Source: Bacteroidales bacterium (GTDB taxonomy: Bacteria > Bacteroidota > Bacteroidia > Bacteroidales > Dysgonomonadaceae). From it: DNA of 64,000 nucleotides. Position numbers and translations under genes: made by a program. A model generated the notes under the pieces. The model saw nothing but the letters and a program-made list of their open reading frames with translations. It did not search any database and was not told the DNA's origin. Within the stretch, counting starts at the first letter, position 1. The number at the start of each line of letters is the position of its first letter. The stretch spans positions 1,017 to 65,016 of the forward strand of contig DUPB01000031.1 of the NCBI GenBank assembly GCA_012838585.1, written 5' to 3'. Positions 48,758 through 59,173 of the stretch are shown here, piece by piece.

Positions 48758-49873
48758 TTACTCTTTAATGCGGTACAGTGCAAACTCGGCCATGTTAAAG
48801 AAGCGTGGACCCCTGCCATCGTTGGTTGCGTTAACCACGAAGCGGAAGTATTTGAAGGGGGCATCAGCCGCTAAGTAGGCCGACTCGTACGTGGAGCCCG
48901 CACCTGTTGGCAACCCGGAGGTGATACGGATTAATTCCGTCCAATCCGTGCCGTTGGCACTCACCATGATCGACACGTCTTGTGCTTTCCCGTTCGAGTT
49001 GTTCCGGTTTTGATACCAGAAAACACATCCGTCAATGGGTTCATCCAAAGCAACCTGGAAGTGGTGCATCTCGCTGATTGAACCTGACCACAATGAATGG
49101 AAGAAGGTACCCGGATTACCGTCTATCAGGTTCGCTATGGGGCCTTCTCGTGGCTCTTGCGCGTTAGACGACAGCATATCCACGCGTAGCGGGATTTTCT
49201 CCATGATCATCTCCTCTTGCACAATCACGAAGGAGGCCATCTGGGAATAGTTCTCCGACGACTGGAACGTAACGGTTCCGTAACGTGGGTTACGGGCCAT
49301 ATTCTGTGCCACCTTAAACGTTACCCGCTTCTCATCGGCCTTCCCGGCCACGTTTTTGATGCTATAAAGCTGTATGAAGGCAGCCGTATCCGGGATCAAC
49401 ACGTGATCCACTTTCAGGTTCGACTTCACGGTGACTTCCACGGTACCTGCAACGGACGGGATCGACTTAAACACTCCTTCCACTTTCCCCTCCACCAACA
49501 TGAAGGAGCTTTTGCACTCTTGGGTTACGTTGATGTAGTAGGCTTGGTGCCCGTACTCGATAGTGATACGCCCGACGCGGGGAGCGTAGGTGTCATTTCG
49601 GGTGGCCTGGATATCTACCTGCCCCTCCCTCTTTTCAACCGTCAGCCATGCCGCGTTGGAGGAGGTGGACCATTTGGACAGCTCCACGTTGGTGATTACC
49701 TCCGCTACCGCCGAACCGCCCTCTATAGGGAAAACGATGGGGGACAAGCTTTTATCCGGAACAACCAACGTTTTCACCTCGAATTCAGTCTGATAATCGG
49801 GGGCACACGAGGTAATGCCTAAAGCACCAATGATTACCCCGATCAAAATGATTAACACGATATTTTGTCTCAT
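48758..49873 (-). CDS. Surface lipoprotein with BACON-like and F5/8 type C (discoidin, CBM32-like) domains
   Basis: Lipobox ITSC. BACON pattern (SNAAWLTVEK..ATRNDTYAPRVGRITI). Discoidin (NLIDGNPGTFFHS, SANGTDWT, YFRFVV, AEFAL). Confidence 0.75.
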   Translation of the reverse strand: MRQNIVLIILIGVIIGALGITSCAPDYQTEFEVKTLVVPDKSLSPIVFPIEGGSAVAEVITNVELSKWSTSSNAAWLTVEKREGQVDIQATRNDTYAPRVGRITIEYGHQAYYINVTQECKSSFMLVEGKVEGVFKSIPSVAGTVEVTVKSNLKVDHVLIPDTAAFIQLYSIKNVAGKADEKRVTFKVAQNMARNPRYGTVTFQSSENYSQMASFVIVQEEMIMEKIPLRVDMLSSNAQEPREGPIANLIDGNPGTFFHSLWSGSISEMHHFQVALDEPIDGCVFWYQNRNNSNGKAQDVSIMVSANGTDWTELIRITSGLPTGAGSTYESAYLAADAPFKYFRFVVNATNDGRGPRFFNMAEFALYRIKE

Positions 49874-49919
49874 AGAATCTATAATTTACTTAACTGTAAG
49901 GAATCCTCGATACACGTTA

Positions 49920-50915
49920 TCACAACAACTCTGCCCGGGGGCTATACTCCATGCGCAAGATCGCTTTTACCTCCTTATACGGGTCCGTAGACTTCAATCT
50001 GTACTTGTAGTGTAGGCGAAACTCCTTGTAATAGGTCCTCCTCCCGTCAGGAGTGGAGATAATGTTGATTAAGAAGGTGTTGTCGTACATCTCGAACGGG
50101 GTAAGCTGCACCACATCGATGCTCTTGTATGGCGTGATGGTCACCTCACGCGCCAGCGGATTTTTCACGGTCTGCTTGCCGATCGCCACGACGATACTCC
50201 GTTCGTTAATCCGGTTGAGGGCCGTCTTATACTCCCCCAGGTTCTCATCACCGGCCATCATCCTCACCGAGTTCCCTGCCAACGGGAACACCTGGTTGGT
50301 GCTGGTGGGTCGGCGAACCAAGGGGTTGTTCAAATCGAGCAAGGTCACGAAGCTGGAGGTGTAGTTGTAATAGACGTTCCGGCGGGTGGTAGAGAACTCG
50401 TTCGACTTATAGATACGCAGCAGTACCTCTTTCTTTTTCAGGTTATACTCGTCAGTGTTCAACGGGTCAATCTGGTAATCGAGGAAGTAGATCGAGTCGG
50501 GCGAAATCTCTCCCAGGTTACGTAGGTAAACGGGAATTTTCACCTGCATCTCTCCAGCCGGGATAACCGCCTCCAGCGAAGGGATGGTGAAATACCTCTC
50601 CGGAAGGATGCGGGCATAACGGTTCGTCTCGATATCAAAGTTCGATTTATTGTAGGCCTTGATCAACGAGTCGCCCCTCATCAGCGTCACCTTGAAATCC
50701 TGGTCGGAGGGACGCGTGCCGCTTAGGGCGGCTACCAGGTAGATGGTGTCGGTATCCTTGGAGAGATCGGCCACCTGCCTGTCGTAAATCATCTGGGAGT
50801 TGCTCAACAGGCCTACCTCGTTCTTGTACTGCTCTTGTTCAAAGTCGTACGATTCGCAAGCGGTCGTCAAGGCAAACCCAAGTACCAAACAAGCTAATAT
50901 GATATTGTTCTTCAT
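49920..50915 (-). CDS. PUL-associated lipoprotein (DUF1735/BT_3987-like N-terminal domain)
   Basis: Lipobox TTAC. LIKAYNKSNF and LPERYFTIPSLEAVIPAGE..VKIPVYL resemble DUF1735. Located after SusD. Confidence 0.6.
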   Translation of the reverse strand: MKNNIILACLVLGFALTTACESYDFEQEQYKNEVGLLSNSQMIYDRQVADLSKDTDTIYLVAALSGTRPSDQDFKVTLMRGDSLIKAYNKSNFDIETNRYARILPERYFTIPSLEAVIPAGEMQVKIPVYLRNLGEISPDSIYFLDYQIDPLNTDEYNLKKKEVLLRIYKSNEFSTTRRNVYYNYTSSFVTLLDLNNPLVRRPTSTNQVFPLAGNSVRMMAGDENLGEYKTALNRINERSIVVAIGKQTVKNPLAREVTITPYKSIDVVQLTPFEMYDNTFLINIISTPDGRRTYYKEFRLHYKYRLKSTDPYKEVKAILRMEYSPRAELL

Positions 50916-50949
50916 CTTAAATCAATTTTACGGTTTATATTTCAACATA

Positions 50950-53010
50950 TTACCTATCCCAACCCGGGTTTTGATCCATCGCGGGCACTTTAAGCAACTC
51001 ATCGTGAGGCAGGGGCAGCAGCACCATCCTCGGCAGCGCGATCCGGTCACGAATGTTCTGCGTGTTGATGGTCACGATTTCAAAGAATCCCTCGTTGTTG
51101 TTGCTGTTGGTTCGGTCTCGCTCCACGTTCAACCCCCTCCAGTTATTGGTGCTGGCATCGTCATCCAGGTAGGTGCCCCAACGGCGGGTATCGAACACGC
51201 GGTACCCCTCGTTAAACAGCTCTACTTGCCGCTCGTTCATCAGCACTTGCTGGAACTCGGCCCGGCTCGACAGTTGCACTTCCGTGGCACCCGGAAGTCC
51301 CGCACGATAACGTATCATGTTGAAGTACCTCGCCATCTCCGTAACGTCGCGGGTAATGGTAACCTCCACGGTCTCGTTACCCAGGGCGTTAAACAGCTCC
51401 ACGGTTTCCGATCCCTCCACGTTGTTCAACGCCTCCACGTATTCCAGCAGCACCTCAGCGTAGCGGATAATGGGGAAGGGCTTGGGACCGGTTTGGAAAG
51501 CGGCATTTACGCTCCCCTTGCCGTTCGCCCACGAATCATCGGGATGAATATACTTAACGGGGGTGTATCCACTTACGTTGTAGTCATTGATGTTGCTCCC
51601 GGCACCGGTGATACCCGACACGTCTTCGTACGAGAACCAAAACTGCTTCTTGTTGTAGTTGGCGTCCTGCGATGCGGAGTTCATCGGCCAAAAAGAGCCA
51701 GGGAAGCCAATAGAAGCGTAAAAGCGTGACTCCCGGTTGTCGTACATCTTGGGCACGCTGCCCATCAGGATATAGCTTCCCAGCGTCTTTCCACTTCCCC
51801 CGATAGTATGGGTCAAATCAGGATCGTAGGGGTACTCGTCGGAGGAGTCATGAATGGTACGGCCATCGGCCATCAAGTAGCAGTCGACCACCCGCTGTGG
51901 CACGGCCATCCCTCCCCATCCCCCGAAGTAGACCGGGAACGAGTGACGCGTGTAGTTATTCACGTTGTTGGACGGCATGGCCCAGATAAACTCCTTGTTG
52001 GTCTGCATAATCCCCTCGCCGTTAAACATTTCGTGGTACGAGCGCAACGGGTCAATGCCACCGGCACCGTTCGGGAAAGTTGCGGTGGGCACGTTCGGTG
52101 CCAAGGGATAAGGGTGCAGCGGATCCACGTCGACCGTGTGCAACTGGTAGTATCCCATGTCGATGACCGACTTCGCGGCAGCCGCGGCTACGGCCCATCT
52201 GCGCGGGTCGTACTCCTGGTTCACGTAAAACACCCCATCGCTCGACCGCGTCCAGGAACCAAAACAGCGCCGTGCCGCATCACCCCCGTTAAAGAGTGGT
52301 GAGGCTTGGTAGAGGCGCAGCCGTGCGATAAGCGCCAGCGCCGCCCCTTTCGTGGGACGTTCGTACAGGCTAATCGACTGTTGGCTCGCGGTGGGTAAGA
52401 CAAGGGCCGCCTCCATGAACTCATTGCAGATGTAGTCTACCGACTCATCGTAGGTAGAGCGTTCGCGGTCGTAATATTCTGCAGACTCTGAGTTGGGCAT
52501 CACCTCGTCGCCCACGATCAGGCAGGGTCCCCAGTTCATCAGCAGGTGGTAATAAGCGTAACCGCGCAGGAAATGCACGTAGCCCTTGTAGAGCTGTTTC
52601 TCACGTGTGGACATATCGCCCACCTTATCCACGTTAGCCAACATGTAGTTACAACGACGTATCACCCGGTACATTTGGTACCAGATATTCATGGACGAGG
52701 GAACGTTTCGCTCGTTGATCTCCCCAACGGTGAACAGTACACCGGGGAACTCGCTGGTTCTCCAGCGGGTGGTAATCTCATCCGAAGCCATCTGTCCCAG
52801 GTTCCACGAACCGCCCCAGATTGCACCGGGATCGGGAAAGTCCTTAGGGGTATTCCAGAGGTAACCGTCCGCGTTCTTCATGCTATGGAAAATAGAGTCC
52901 TCACGGAACGTGTCCTCGAAATAGGTGTCAACATCCAAGAAGTTGCAGGAACTGAGCATCACGCCAAAAATCCCCACGATCGCTATTAATATTTTTGATG
53001 TAACCTTCAT
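50950..53010 (-). CDS. susD: SusD/RagB family nutrient-binding lipoprotein
   Basis: Lipobox LSSC. FLRGYAYYHLLMNWGP, IIRYAEVLLEYVEA, NERQVELFNEGYRVFDTRRW, QNPGW terminus. Confidence 0.93.
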   Translation of the reverse strand: MKVTSKILIAIVGIFGVMLSSCNFLDVDTYFEDTFREDSIFHSMKNADGYLWNTPKDFPDPGAIWGGSWNLGQMASDEITTRWRTSEFPGVLFTVGEINERNVPSSMNIWYQMYRVIRRCNYMLANVDKVGDMSTREKQLYKGYVHFLRGYAYYHLLMNWGPCLIVGDEVMPNSESAEYYDRERSTYDESVDYICNEFMEAALVLPTASQQSISLYERPTKGAALALIARLRLYQASPLFNGGDAARRCFGSWTRSSDGVFYVNQEYDPRRWAVAAAAAKSVIDMGYYQLHTVDVDPLHPYPLAPNVPTATFPNGAGGIDPLRSYHEMFNGEGIMQTNKEFIWAMPSNNVNNYTRHSFPVYFGGWGGMAVPQRVVDCYLMADGRTIHDSSDEYPYDPDLTHTIGGSGKTLGSYILMGSVPKMYDNRESRFYASIGFPGSFWPMNSASQDANYNKKQFWFSYEDVSGITGAGSNINDYNVSGYTPVKYIHPDDSWANGKGSVNAAFQTGPKPFPIIRYAEVLLEYVEALNNVEGSETVELFNALGNETVEVTITRDVTEMARYFNMIRYRAGLPGATEVQLSSRAEFQQVLMNERQVELFNEGYRVFDTRRWGTYLDDDASTNNWRGLNVERDRTNSNNNEGFFEIVTINTQNIRDRIALPRMVLLPLPHDELLKVPAMDQNPGWDR

Positions 53011-53022
53011 ATATAGTAGTTG

Positions 53023-56000
53023 TTAAAAGTTCAGGTAAACTTGAAATGTGTAGGACGTGGGAAGCGGGTAAGCCCCACCGTTGTAGGTGGCCTGCTCCGG
53101 ATCGAAGTACTTCACCTTGTCGATGGTAAACAGATTGTTGGCCACGAACTCCAGATCGATAGACTGCAAGCCCAATAACCGGACCCACGGGTAGTTATCC
53201 ACTTTATACCTCACGCTCACCTCCTGCAACCTGAGGTAGGAACCATCACGTTTCCAGAAGGTAGAAAGCTGGGAGTTGTTTGAATTGCCACCGTAAGAGA
53301 GGCGCGGGAACTCGGCGTTCGGGTTCTCGGTTTCAGTCGTACCCGAGTACCATGCCGGTGTCCAGCGGTTGGCCGGGTTGTTCGCCAGCTTGATCACGTT
53401 ACCCAACTCACCACTGTAGAATGGAATCCAGCCTGCGTCGTTACCCAAGCCCGCACGGTAGTATTCTACCTTTGCCGCCCCCTTGAAGAGGAAGCCCACC
53501 GTCAAGTGCTTGTAACGGAAGTCAGCCCCCATCCCGTACATCAGGCGCGGGACCTGATTGCCATACGAGAGTGGCACCCGGTCATCAGAGTTAATAATCC
53601 CATCACCATTCACGTCGCGGTACTTGATATCCCCAGGACGAACGATACCAAAGCCGCTCTGGTCGGCACTGGTTTCAATCTCTTCACGATCTTTGAACAG
53701 TCCTTCGGAGATATAGCCCCGGATGATGCCGTACGGTTTACCCGTAACACTCATGTAGTCGTAAGGCAGTTTGTTCTCCTCGTAGTAGTCGATGATGTTT
53801 TGCGAGAAGGTATAGTTAGCCCGTACGCTAAAGTCCATATCGTTGTTGATGGCATGGAAATAAGAGACGTTCCCGTCAGACCCAAAGCTGTGCATGCTCC
53901 CCACGTTCGACATGGGAACGGTTACCAATCCCAAGTAGTTGGGCAGGGTCACCCGTGTCATGAAGATGTTGTCGCGTTGGTCGCGGAAGACGTCCACCAC
54001 GAACTTGAGGTTATCGTTTAAAAAGTTGGCCTCGATACCCACGTTTGCCTTTTTCGCGACCTCCCACTTCAGGTTGTCGGCTCCCTGCTGCTGTTCAACG
54101 ATACCATCCCCGCGGTAACCCCAATAACTCGACGCGCGGTTGCTGATCAACGTGAGGTAGGGGAAACGGGTGGCTCCCGATATCTGGTCGTTACCCGCCA
54201 ACCCGTAAGAACCGCGAATCTTCAGGAAAGACAAAAACGGGAGATTATTCTGCACCCATTGATACGAGGTAGGTACCCACCCAAGGGCGAGCGAGGGGAA
54301 GAACCCGAAGCGCTGCCCTTTCTGGAACTGCGAGGAACCGGTGTAACCGAAGTTCCAGTCCACGAAGTAGGCATTGTTGTAACCGTACGAAAGCCGGCCC
54401 GACACATTTTGCCGACGGGCGGGAATGGCGTTGATACCCAGGTTGCCAAAACCCCAGCGGGTATCTTGCACATCTTCCATGTAATAGTAAAGCAGGGCTC
54501 CCACATCGTGTAGATCAAAGGAGCGGGTCCAGTTGGCTTTTGCCTCACCGTAGTATTTTCTCCACAAATCACTGTCGTTCCCGTACACTAGGGTTGACTC
54601 GCGAATCCGCAACGACTTAATCAAGTTACCCCGGGCATCTCGTCCCGTGGCGCGGTACATATTGGGCCATACGCGGCGGTACTCGTAAAAATAGGACTGA
54701 TAGTCGGCCATCACCTGCGCGGTTAACGTCAACCCCTCGAAAAAGCCCTTCACCTGCTGGGTGAGGCTCATCGTGATCATATTACGGGAGTTGTTGTTCT
54801 TGGTATACCCCGTGTAGTTCAGAGAGGCGTATGGTGATGAAAGGTCATTCGTCCCGTAGGTTGGCAGCGTGCCATCGGCATACTGCTTCGGGAACATCAC
54901 CGGCGTAAGCGAGCGAACGGCCGACCATAGGGTATTGGTATTTTCAGATCCCGGTAGTGTATGGTCAGTGATATTCCCATCCACCCCGAAATAGAGCTTA
55001 GTCAGCGGGGTTAAGTTCATCTCGATATTCGCGCGGTAGGTCATCTTGTTGTAGGCTACCGGTCGTTTAAACTTGGCCTCCTCTTGCTTGTAGGCGGCAT
55101 ACTCTTGTTGCGTTCCCACGGAGACAAAGTAGTTGGCCAAGTCCCCCCCACCCCTGGCACTCACGTAGTAGCGCTGCTGCATGGAGGTTTTCTTTATGAT
55201 CTCGTCAATCCAGTTGACGTCGGGGTAGAGTTCCGGGTCGAGACCCGATTGGATCACGTCCAGCTCGAGACGGGTGTAGAGGTCGGGGTCACCCGACATG
55301 GCCCTGGCCTCGTTGGCCAGCTTCGCGTAGTCATACGCGCCCAGGTACTCCGGCAAGCGTTTCAATTGGTTCACCTGCATGGTGGCACGTCCGGTAATTT
55401 GCAACCTGCCGGCGCTTCCACGCTTTGTGGTGATGATTACCACCCCGTTAGCTCCGCGCACTCCGTACACGGCGGTAGCCGCCGCGTCTTTCAAGATTTG
55501 GAAAGAGGCCACGTCATCGGGGTCCACGTCTTGCAGTCGCCCCTCCAGTCCGTCAATCAGCACCAGGGCACCCGCGTTGGCGCCAAAGGTTCCAATCCCC
55601 CGAATCCAGAAGTTGGAGATATTCTTTCCCGGTTCCCCCGATAGCGTCATGGCCATCACGCCCGCGACCCTACCGGCCAACATGTTGTTCAGCGAGACAC
55701 CCGGCGTTTTCAACTCCTCCACGTCCACGCTGGTGATAGCACCCACCACCGACACCTTCTTCTGTGCCGTGAGCCCGGTGATTACCACCTCTTCCAGCTG
55801 TTGGGTATCTTCTTTCAAAATGATCTCCAACTCGTCGGATGACTCCTCTATCCGTTTCTCCACCACGAGCATCCCGACCATTTGGAAAACGACCGTCTCG
55901 TCACGGGCCACGCGCAGGGAGAATTCACCATCCACGTTGGTGGTGGTTCCCACTCCGGGAGCGTTTTTAATGTAGATGGAGACACCCGGTAGCGGATGTT

Positions 56001-56121
56001 CAAACTCGTCCATCACCACGCCCGCTACCGTCAAGTTCCTGTTTATCGAACTCTGTCCATAGGTTGCCAAGGGGAGTAAACCCACTAAAAGCAACATGGC
56101 ATATATCAATCTCTTCTTCAT
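53023..56121 (-). CDS. susC: SusC/RagA family TonB-dependent transporter
   Basis: Carboxypeptidase-regulatory-like N-terminal domain, plug (LKDAAATAVYGVRGANGVVIITTKRG), NLKWEVAKK, C-terminal YLNF. Confidence 0.95.
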   Translation of the reverse strand: MKKRLIYAMLLLVGLLPLATYGQSSINRNLTVAGVVMDEFEHPLPGVSIYIKNAPGVGTTTNVDGEFSLRVARDETVVFQMVGMLVVEKRIEESSDELEIILKEDTQQLEEVVITGLTAQKKVSVVGAITSVDVEELKTPGVSLNNMLAGRVAGVMAMTLSGEPGKNISNFWIRGIGTFGANAGALVLIDGLEGRLQDVDPDDVASFQILKDAAATAVYGVRGANGVVIITTKRGSAGRLQITGRATMQVNQLKRLPEYLGAYDYAKLANEARAMSGDPDLYTRLELDVIQSGLDPELYPDVNWIDEIIKKTSMQQRYYVSARGGGDLANYFVSVGTQQEYAAYKQEEAKFKRPVAYNKMTYRANIEMNLTPLTKLYFGVDGNITDHTLPGSENTNTLWSAVRSLTPVMFPKQYADGTLPTYGTNDLSSPYASLNYTGYTKNNNSRNMITMSLTQQVKGFFEGLTLTAQVMADYQSYFYEYRRVWPNMYRATGRDARGNLIKSLRIRESTLVYGNDSDLWRKYYGEAKANWTRSFDLHDVGALLYYYMEDVQDTRWGFGNLGINAIPARRQNVSGRLSYGYNNAYFVDWNFGYTGSSQFQKGQRFGFFPSLALGWVPTSYQWVQNNLPFLSFLKIRGSYGLAGNDQISGATRFPYLTLISNRASSYWGYRGDGIVEQQQGADNLKWEVAKKANVGIEANFLNDNLKFVVDVFRDQRDNIFMTRVTLPNYLGLVTVPMSNVGSMHSFGSDGNVSYFHAINNDMDFSVRANYTFSQNIIDYYEENKLPYDYMSVTGKPYGIIRGYISEGLFKDREEIETSADQSGFGIVRPGDIKYRDVNGDGIINSDDRVPLSYGNQVPRLMYGMGADFRYKHLTVGFLFKGAAKVEYYRAGLGNDAGWIPFYSGELGNVIKLANNPANRWTPAWYSGTTETENPNAEFPRLSYGGNSNNSQLSTFWKRDGSYLRLQEVSVRYKVDNYPWVRLLGLQSIDLEFVANNLFTIDKVKYFDPEQATYNGGAYPLPTSYTFQVYLNF

Positions 56122-56140
56122 ATCAAGTTATAGCTAAGAA

Positions 56141-57649
56141 TTATTCAATGGAAAGTTTACGAATCACCTTGTTCCTATGGTCCGCCACGTAGACGATGTC
56201 GCCATCGGCACTCACCGCCACGCCAGCCGGGTAGTAGAATTTGGCTATCTCAGGACCTCCATCCTGGAAACCGGCACTTTGTGGCAACCCGATGGCGGTG
56301 TTCACGGTAGCCTTTTCCTTCGGCACGGTGGTATCGATAACCCGGATGCAGTGGTTTCCGGTATCGGCGATGTAGAGCTTACCGTCATCGGTGAAACAGA
56401 TCTGCTTGGGTCCCATGAAGCGTGCGTTCTCAAGCGTTCCATCTTCCCAGCCGCGGCCATTGACCGGGCCATCGATAAACGCCCTCCCGGCATAGCTTTC
56501 ACCCTTATAGGTAGCCTTGTCCTTATCAGCCAGTTGTGACACGTCAACCCGTCCGATCATATTGTAGTCCTCCATGCAGAAGTAGAGCATGTTGGGCTCA
56601 AGCGGAGAGAAGATACAGTAGGTGTTCCCCCCCGACTGTCCCCGGGCGTTGGGGATATTGGGTAACACGTTATCCAGCAACACCTCCACGTTGCGGGTAG
56701 AGGGGTTAAAGCGTACCAGCTGTCCCTTCCACATCACCGTGTAGATCATGTTGTCCACCTCGTTGGCCACGAACGAGTACTTCCAGTTGCCCTCGATCAC
56801 GTCCTTCGTGTCAGGTCCGGTGATTAACGAGCGGCGACGGGGCGCGTAACTCAAACTTTTAGGCAGGTGGTAGTAGTACAGCCCGGCGTCTTCCGGCATG
56901 TAAACCGACTCCAAACCATCTTCCCCCGAGAAGGTCGGCGCGTTGGTATAACTGGCGTTATAAAGGATCACGATAGCGGTTTGGCTCTTCAAGTCGGCCA
57001 TGATAATGTTGCTAGCAACACCTTCTCCCCTTTCGTTCCGGGCACCTTGACCACTATATATACCCTGGTGGTTAAACGACCTCTCGGCAATAAAAATATT
57101 GTCCTCATCATCCAACACGATGGCGAAGGGTGACGATAGCGTCGCTACCGTGAAATCACCGCCCACCGTGGGCATCGACTGGTTATCGGTCTCCGGTTTC
57201 CCTAATACCGTGCTTACCGTGGTCTGCGTCTTGTAGAGGAATTGATCCTCTGCAACACCGGAAGCGGTTTGGCCATCCTTCCCGGTTCGTTCCACTACGA
57301 TGTTCATTTTGCGTAAAAAGGTCAACTTGGGAACCATCGTGTAGATCTTGTTCCCGTTGGAACCTACCAATCCCGCCGGGTGCTTCACACCAAGGGAATC
57401 TTCAAAGTAAACCCGAAGCCCGGTAGTGTCGCTCCCAAAGTTGGAACCCAGGATGATCATCGGTGTCGCGATGCCTCCCGAATCGGGGTAGAAATCGGTA
57501 ACCTCAATCGGCTTCGATGGGTCGTAGGCTTGGTAATGCACCTTGCCCTCCTCCTTGCAGGATGACAGTAGCCCGTTCAACAACAAGGGCAAACACAACA
57601 AGAAAAGGAGGTGCCTTCGCTTAAGTGTTTCAGTTAACGTTCTATTCAT
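56141..57649 (-). CDS. IPT/TIG plus NHL-repeat surface lipoprotein, first gene of the PUL
   Basis: Lipobox LSSC. IPT (VTDFYPDSGGIATPMIILGSNFG). NHL repeats (LYIADTGNHCIRVI, VYVADHRNKVIRKL). Confidence 0.85.
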   Translation of the reverse strand: MNRTLTETLKRRHLLFLLCLPLLLNGLLSSCKEEGKVHYQAYDPSKPIEVTDFYPDSGGIATPMIILGSNFGSDTTGLRVYFEDSLGVKHPAGLVGSNGNKIYTMVPKLTFLRKMNIVVERTGKDGQTASGVAEDQFLYKTQTTVSTVLGKPETDNQSMPTVGGDFTVATLSSPFAIVLDDEDNIFIAERSFNHQGIYSGQGARNERGEGVASNIIMADLKSQTAIVILYNASYTNAPTFSGEDGLESVYMPEDAGLYYYHLPKSLSYAPRRRSLITGPDTKDVIEGNWKYSFVANEVDNMIYTVMWKGQLVRFNPSTRNVEVLLDNVLPNIPNARGQSGGNTYCIFSPLEPNMLYFCMEDYNMIGRVDVSQLADKDKATYKGESYAGRAFIDGPVNGRGWEDGTLENARFMGPKQICFTDDGKLYIADTGNHCIRVIDTTVPKEKATVNTAIGLPQSAGFQDGGPEIAKFYYPAGVAVSADGDIVYVADHRNKVIRKLSIE

Positions 57650-57920
57650 GTTTAAAAAATTTAATAATATAACCGAGTTAAATGATTCTAAATAACAACG
57701 CCGCGAATATAGTGAACGTTTTTTATTAAAAAAAGTTTTCTACCCTGAATTTTTCGCGTAATTCCGGTAAAAAGTGCGCTATCGACCATGTTATTTGTTA
57801 AAAACCGTTTCCTTTTAACGGGGTAATGCATTCTGTGTCAATGGTTAACAAAACAGAACCTTACCCTTGATCAGATAATAACTCACTCATGGCCATTCGG
57901 CCATTTTGTGGTAACCCATT

Positions 57921-58940
57921 TCATGAGCTTGCTTTTATGATCTCGCGGGCCGCTTCGATAATGGTATCCCTCATTTTATCCTTGTCGGCCTGCAGCATAT
58001 CAACCTGAAAATCAGGTTCCACACCAAATTCAATGTGCTCCTTCTCGGCATTGAACATGGGCGAAGCAGAAAAGCGAACCGACCAGCCGTTGGGGAGCTC
58101 TGAGGAGAAGGGCAGGCCGCTACCGCCACCCGTCTTGTCACCGATAACGGTCACGTTGGGCGCGTATTTCATGATACTGACAAAGTCATTGGTCGCACTA
58201 TAACAGCCCCGGTTAGTGAGTACCACCACCGGTTTCTGGTAGCGCACCCTATTGGAACTTTCCACGTACTTGGGGTGAAGGGGGGAGAAGTCATTGTGAC
58301 CAGGACCCTTTTTATGGGCAATATACCCCACAAGGGTGCGCTCGTTAAAAAAGCGACTGCTCAACCGCTCCACGTTGGTGAGGTTACCCCCGCCATTGCT
58401 CCTCACGTCGATGATCAGACCGTGGCATAATGCCATCCTATTCAACACCTGATCCAGAGCACCTTCGCCCAAGTCGTTCGAGAAACTCCCGTAATAGAGG
58501 TAGCCCACGTTGTCCTCCAGCACCTTGTACCGCATCCCGGAAGTAATCCCATAGTCGCTACCAAGGTAGCGGGAGCAGATAGACGCATCGAAGTTGACGG
58601 GGTAATCCTCGTACCACTGCCAATAGCGGGTTATATCGTGCGAAGCCGACAGGTTCACGTGACCATCCTTCAGTTCGGCCAACATTAAGCCCATAAGCTT
58701 GAAGAGGGCATCGTTGCCCATCTCTTGATTCACCCTGGGGCTATACTTACGGTACACGGCATCCCAATCGATACCCTTGTAGTCGAAAAAGCAGTAATTC
58801 CTGTCCAAGATGGTCCATAATGCCTCGAAATTTCCCCTCGGGTCATTATCAAAGCGGGCGCTCATATCCCCGCAACTGGGCAGCCAGAAAAGCGGCATGA
58901 GCAGGAGCAGGCTTATCGCGTATGGTTTGCCCCGATTCAT
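57921..58940 (-). CDS. S41 family peptidase lipoprotein (tricorn C1-like plus S41)
   Basis: Lipobox LPSC, NFEALW, LKDGHVNL, IIDVRSNGGG, YSATNDF, GDKTGGGSG. True start MNRGK at 58940; the track start 58973 lies inside the MITE arm. Confidence 0.88.
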   Translation of the reverse strand: MNRGKPYAISLLLLMPLFWLPSCGDMSARFDNDPRGNFEALWTILDRNYCFFDYKGIDWDAVYRKYSPRVNQEMGNDALFKLMGLMLAELKDGHVNLSASHDITRYWQWYEDYPVNFDASICSRYLGSDYGITSGMRYKVLEDNVGYLYYGSFSNDLGEGALDQVLNRMALCHGLIIDVRSNGGGNLTNVERLSSRFFNERTLVGYIAHKKGPGHNDFSPLHPKYVESSNRVRYQKPVVVLTNRGCYSATNDFVSIMKYAPNVTVIGDKTGGGSGLPFSSELPNGWSVRFSASPMFNAEKEHIEFGVEPDFQVDMLQADKDKMRDTIIEAAREIIKASS

Positions 58941-58959
58941 CAGTTTTGAATTTAATGAA

Positions 58960-59173
58960 CTTAACTTTCGCATGTCGTTTACTGTTTGAGCTTTCAGGGC
59001 GAAGACCTCGTAAACTTTCGTGGGAACACATCCTGCGAAGATCGCGTTAAAAAAGAAAAGCTGTTTGAGCGCAAGCGAGTTATTTTTCTTTTAGCAATCA
59101 AGCAGTAGATGGGTCACGAAATTTACGTCAGTCAAGCCTGAAAGCTATTAAACAGTTACATGCGAAAGTTAAG
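58960..59173. mobile_element. 214-bp MITE-like non-autonomous element with 16-bp perfect TIRs and 7-bp target-site duplication
   Basis: Left TIR CTTAACTTTCGCATGT (58960-58975), right TIR ACATGCGAAAGTTAAG (59158-59173), flanked by TAATGAA at 58953-58959 and 59174-59180. No transposase ORF inside. Confidence 0.8.

Noticed and set aside
58941-58973. N-terminal extension MRKLSSLNSKL of the S41 peptidase
   Set aside because: The start codon comes from the MITE left arm; the signal peptide fits a start at 58940.
58960-59173. Invertible (phase-variable) promoter
   Set aside because: No exact TAnnTTTG box found inside, no recombinase nearby, and the flanking direct repeat points to transposition rather than inversion.
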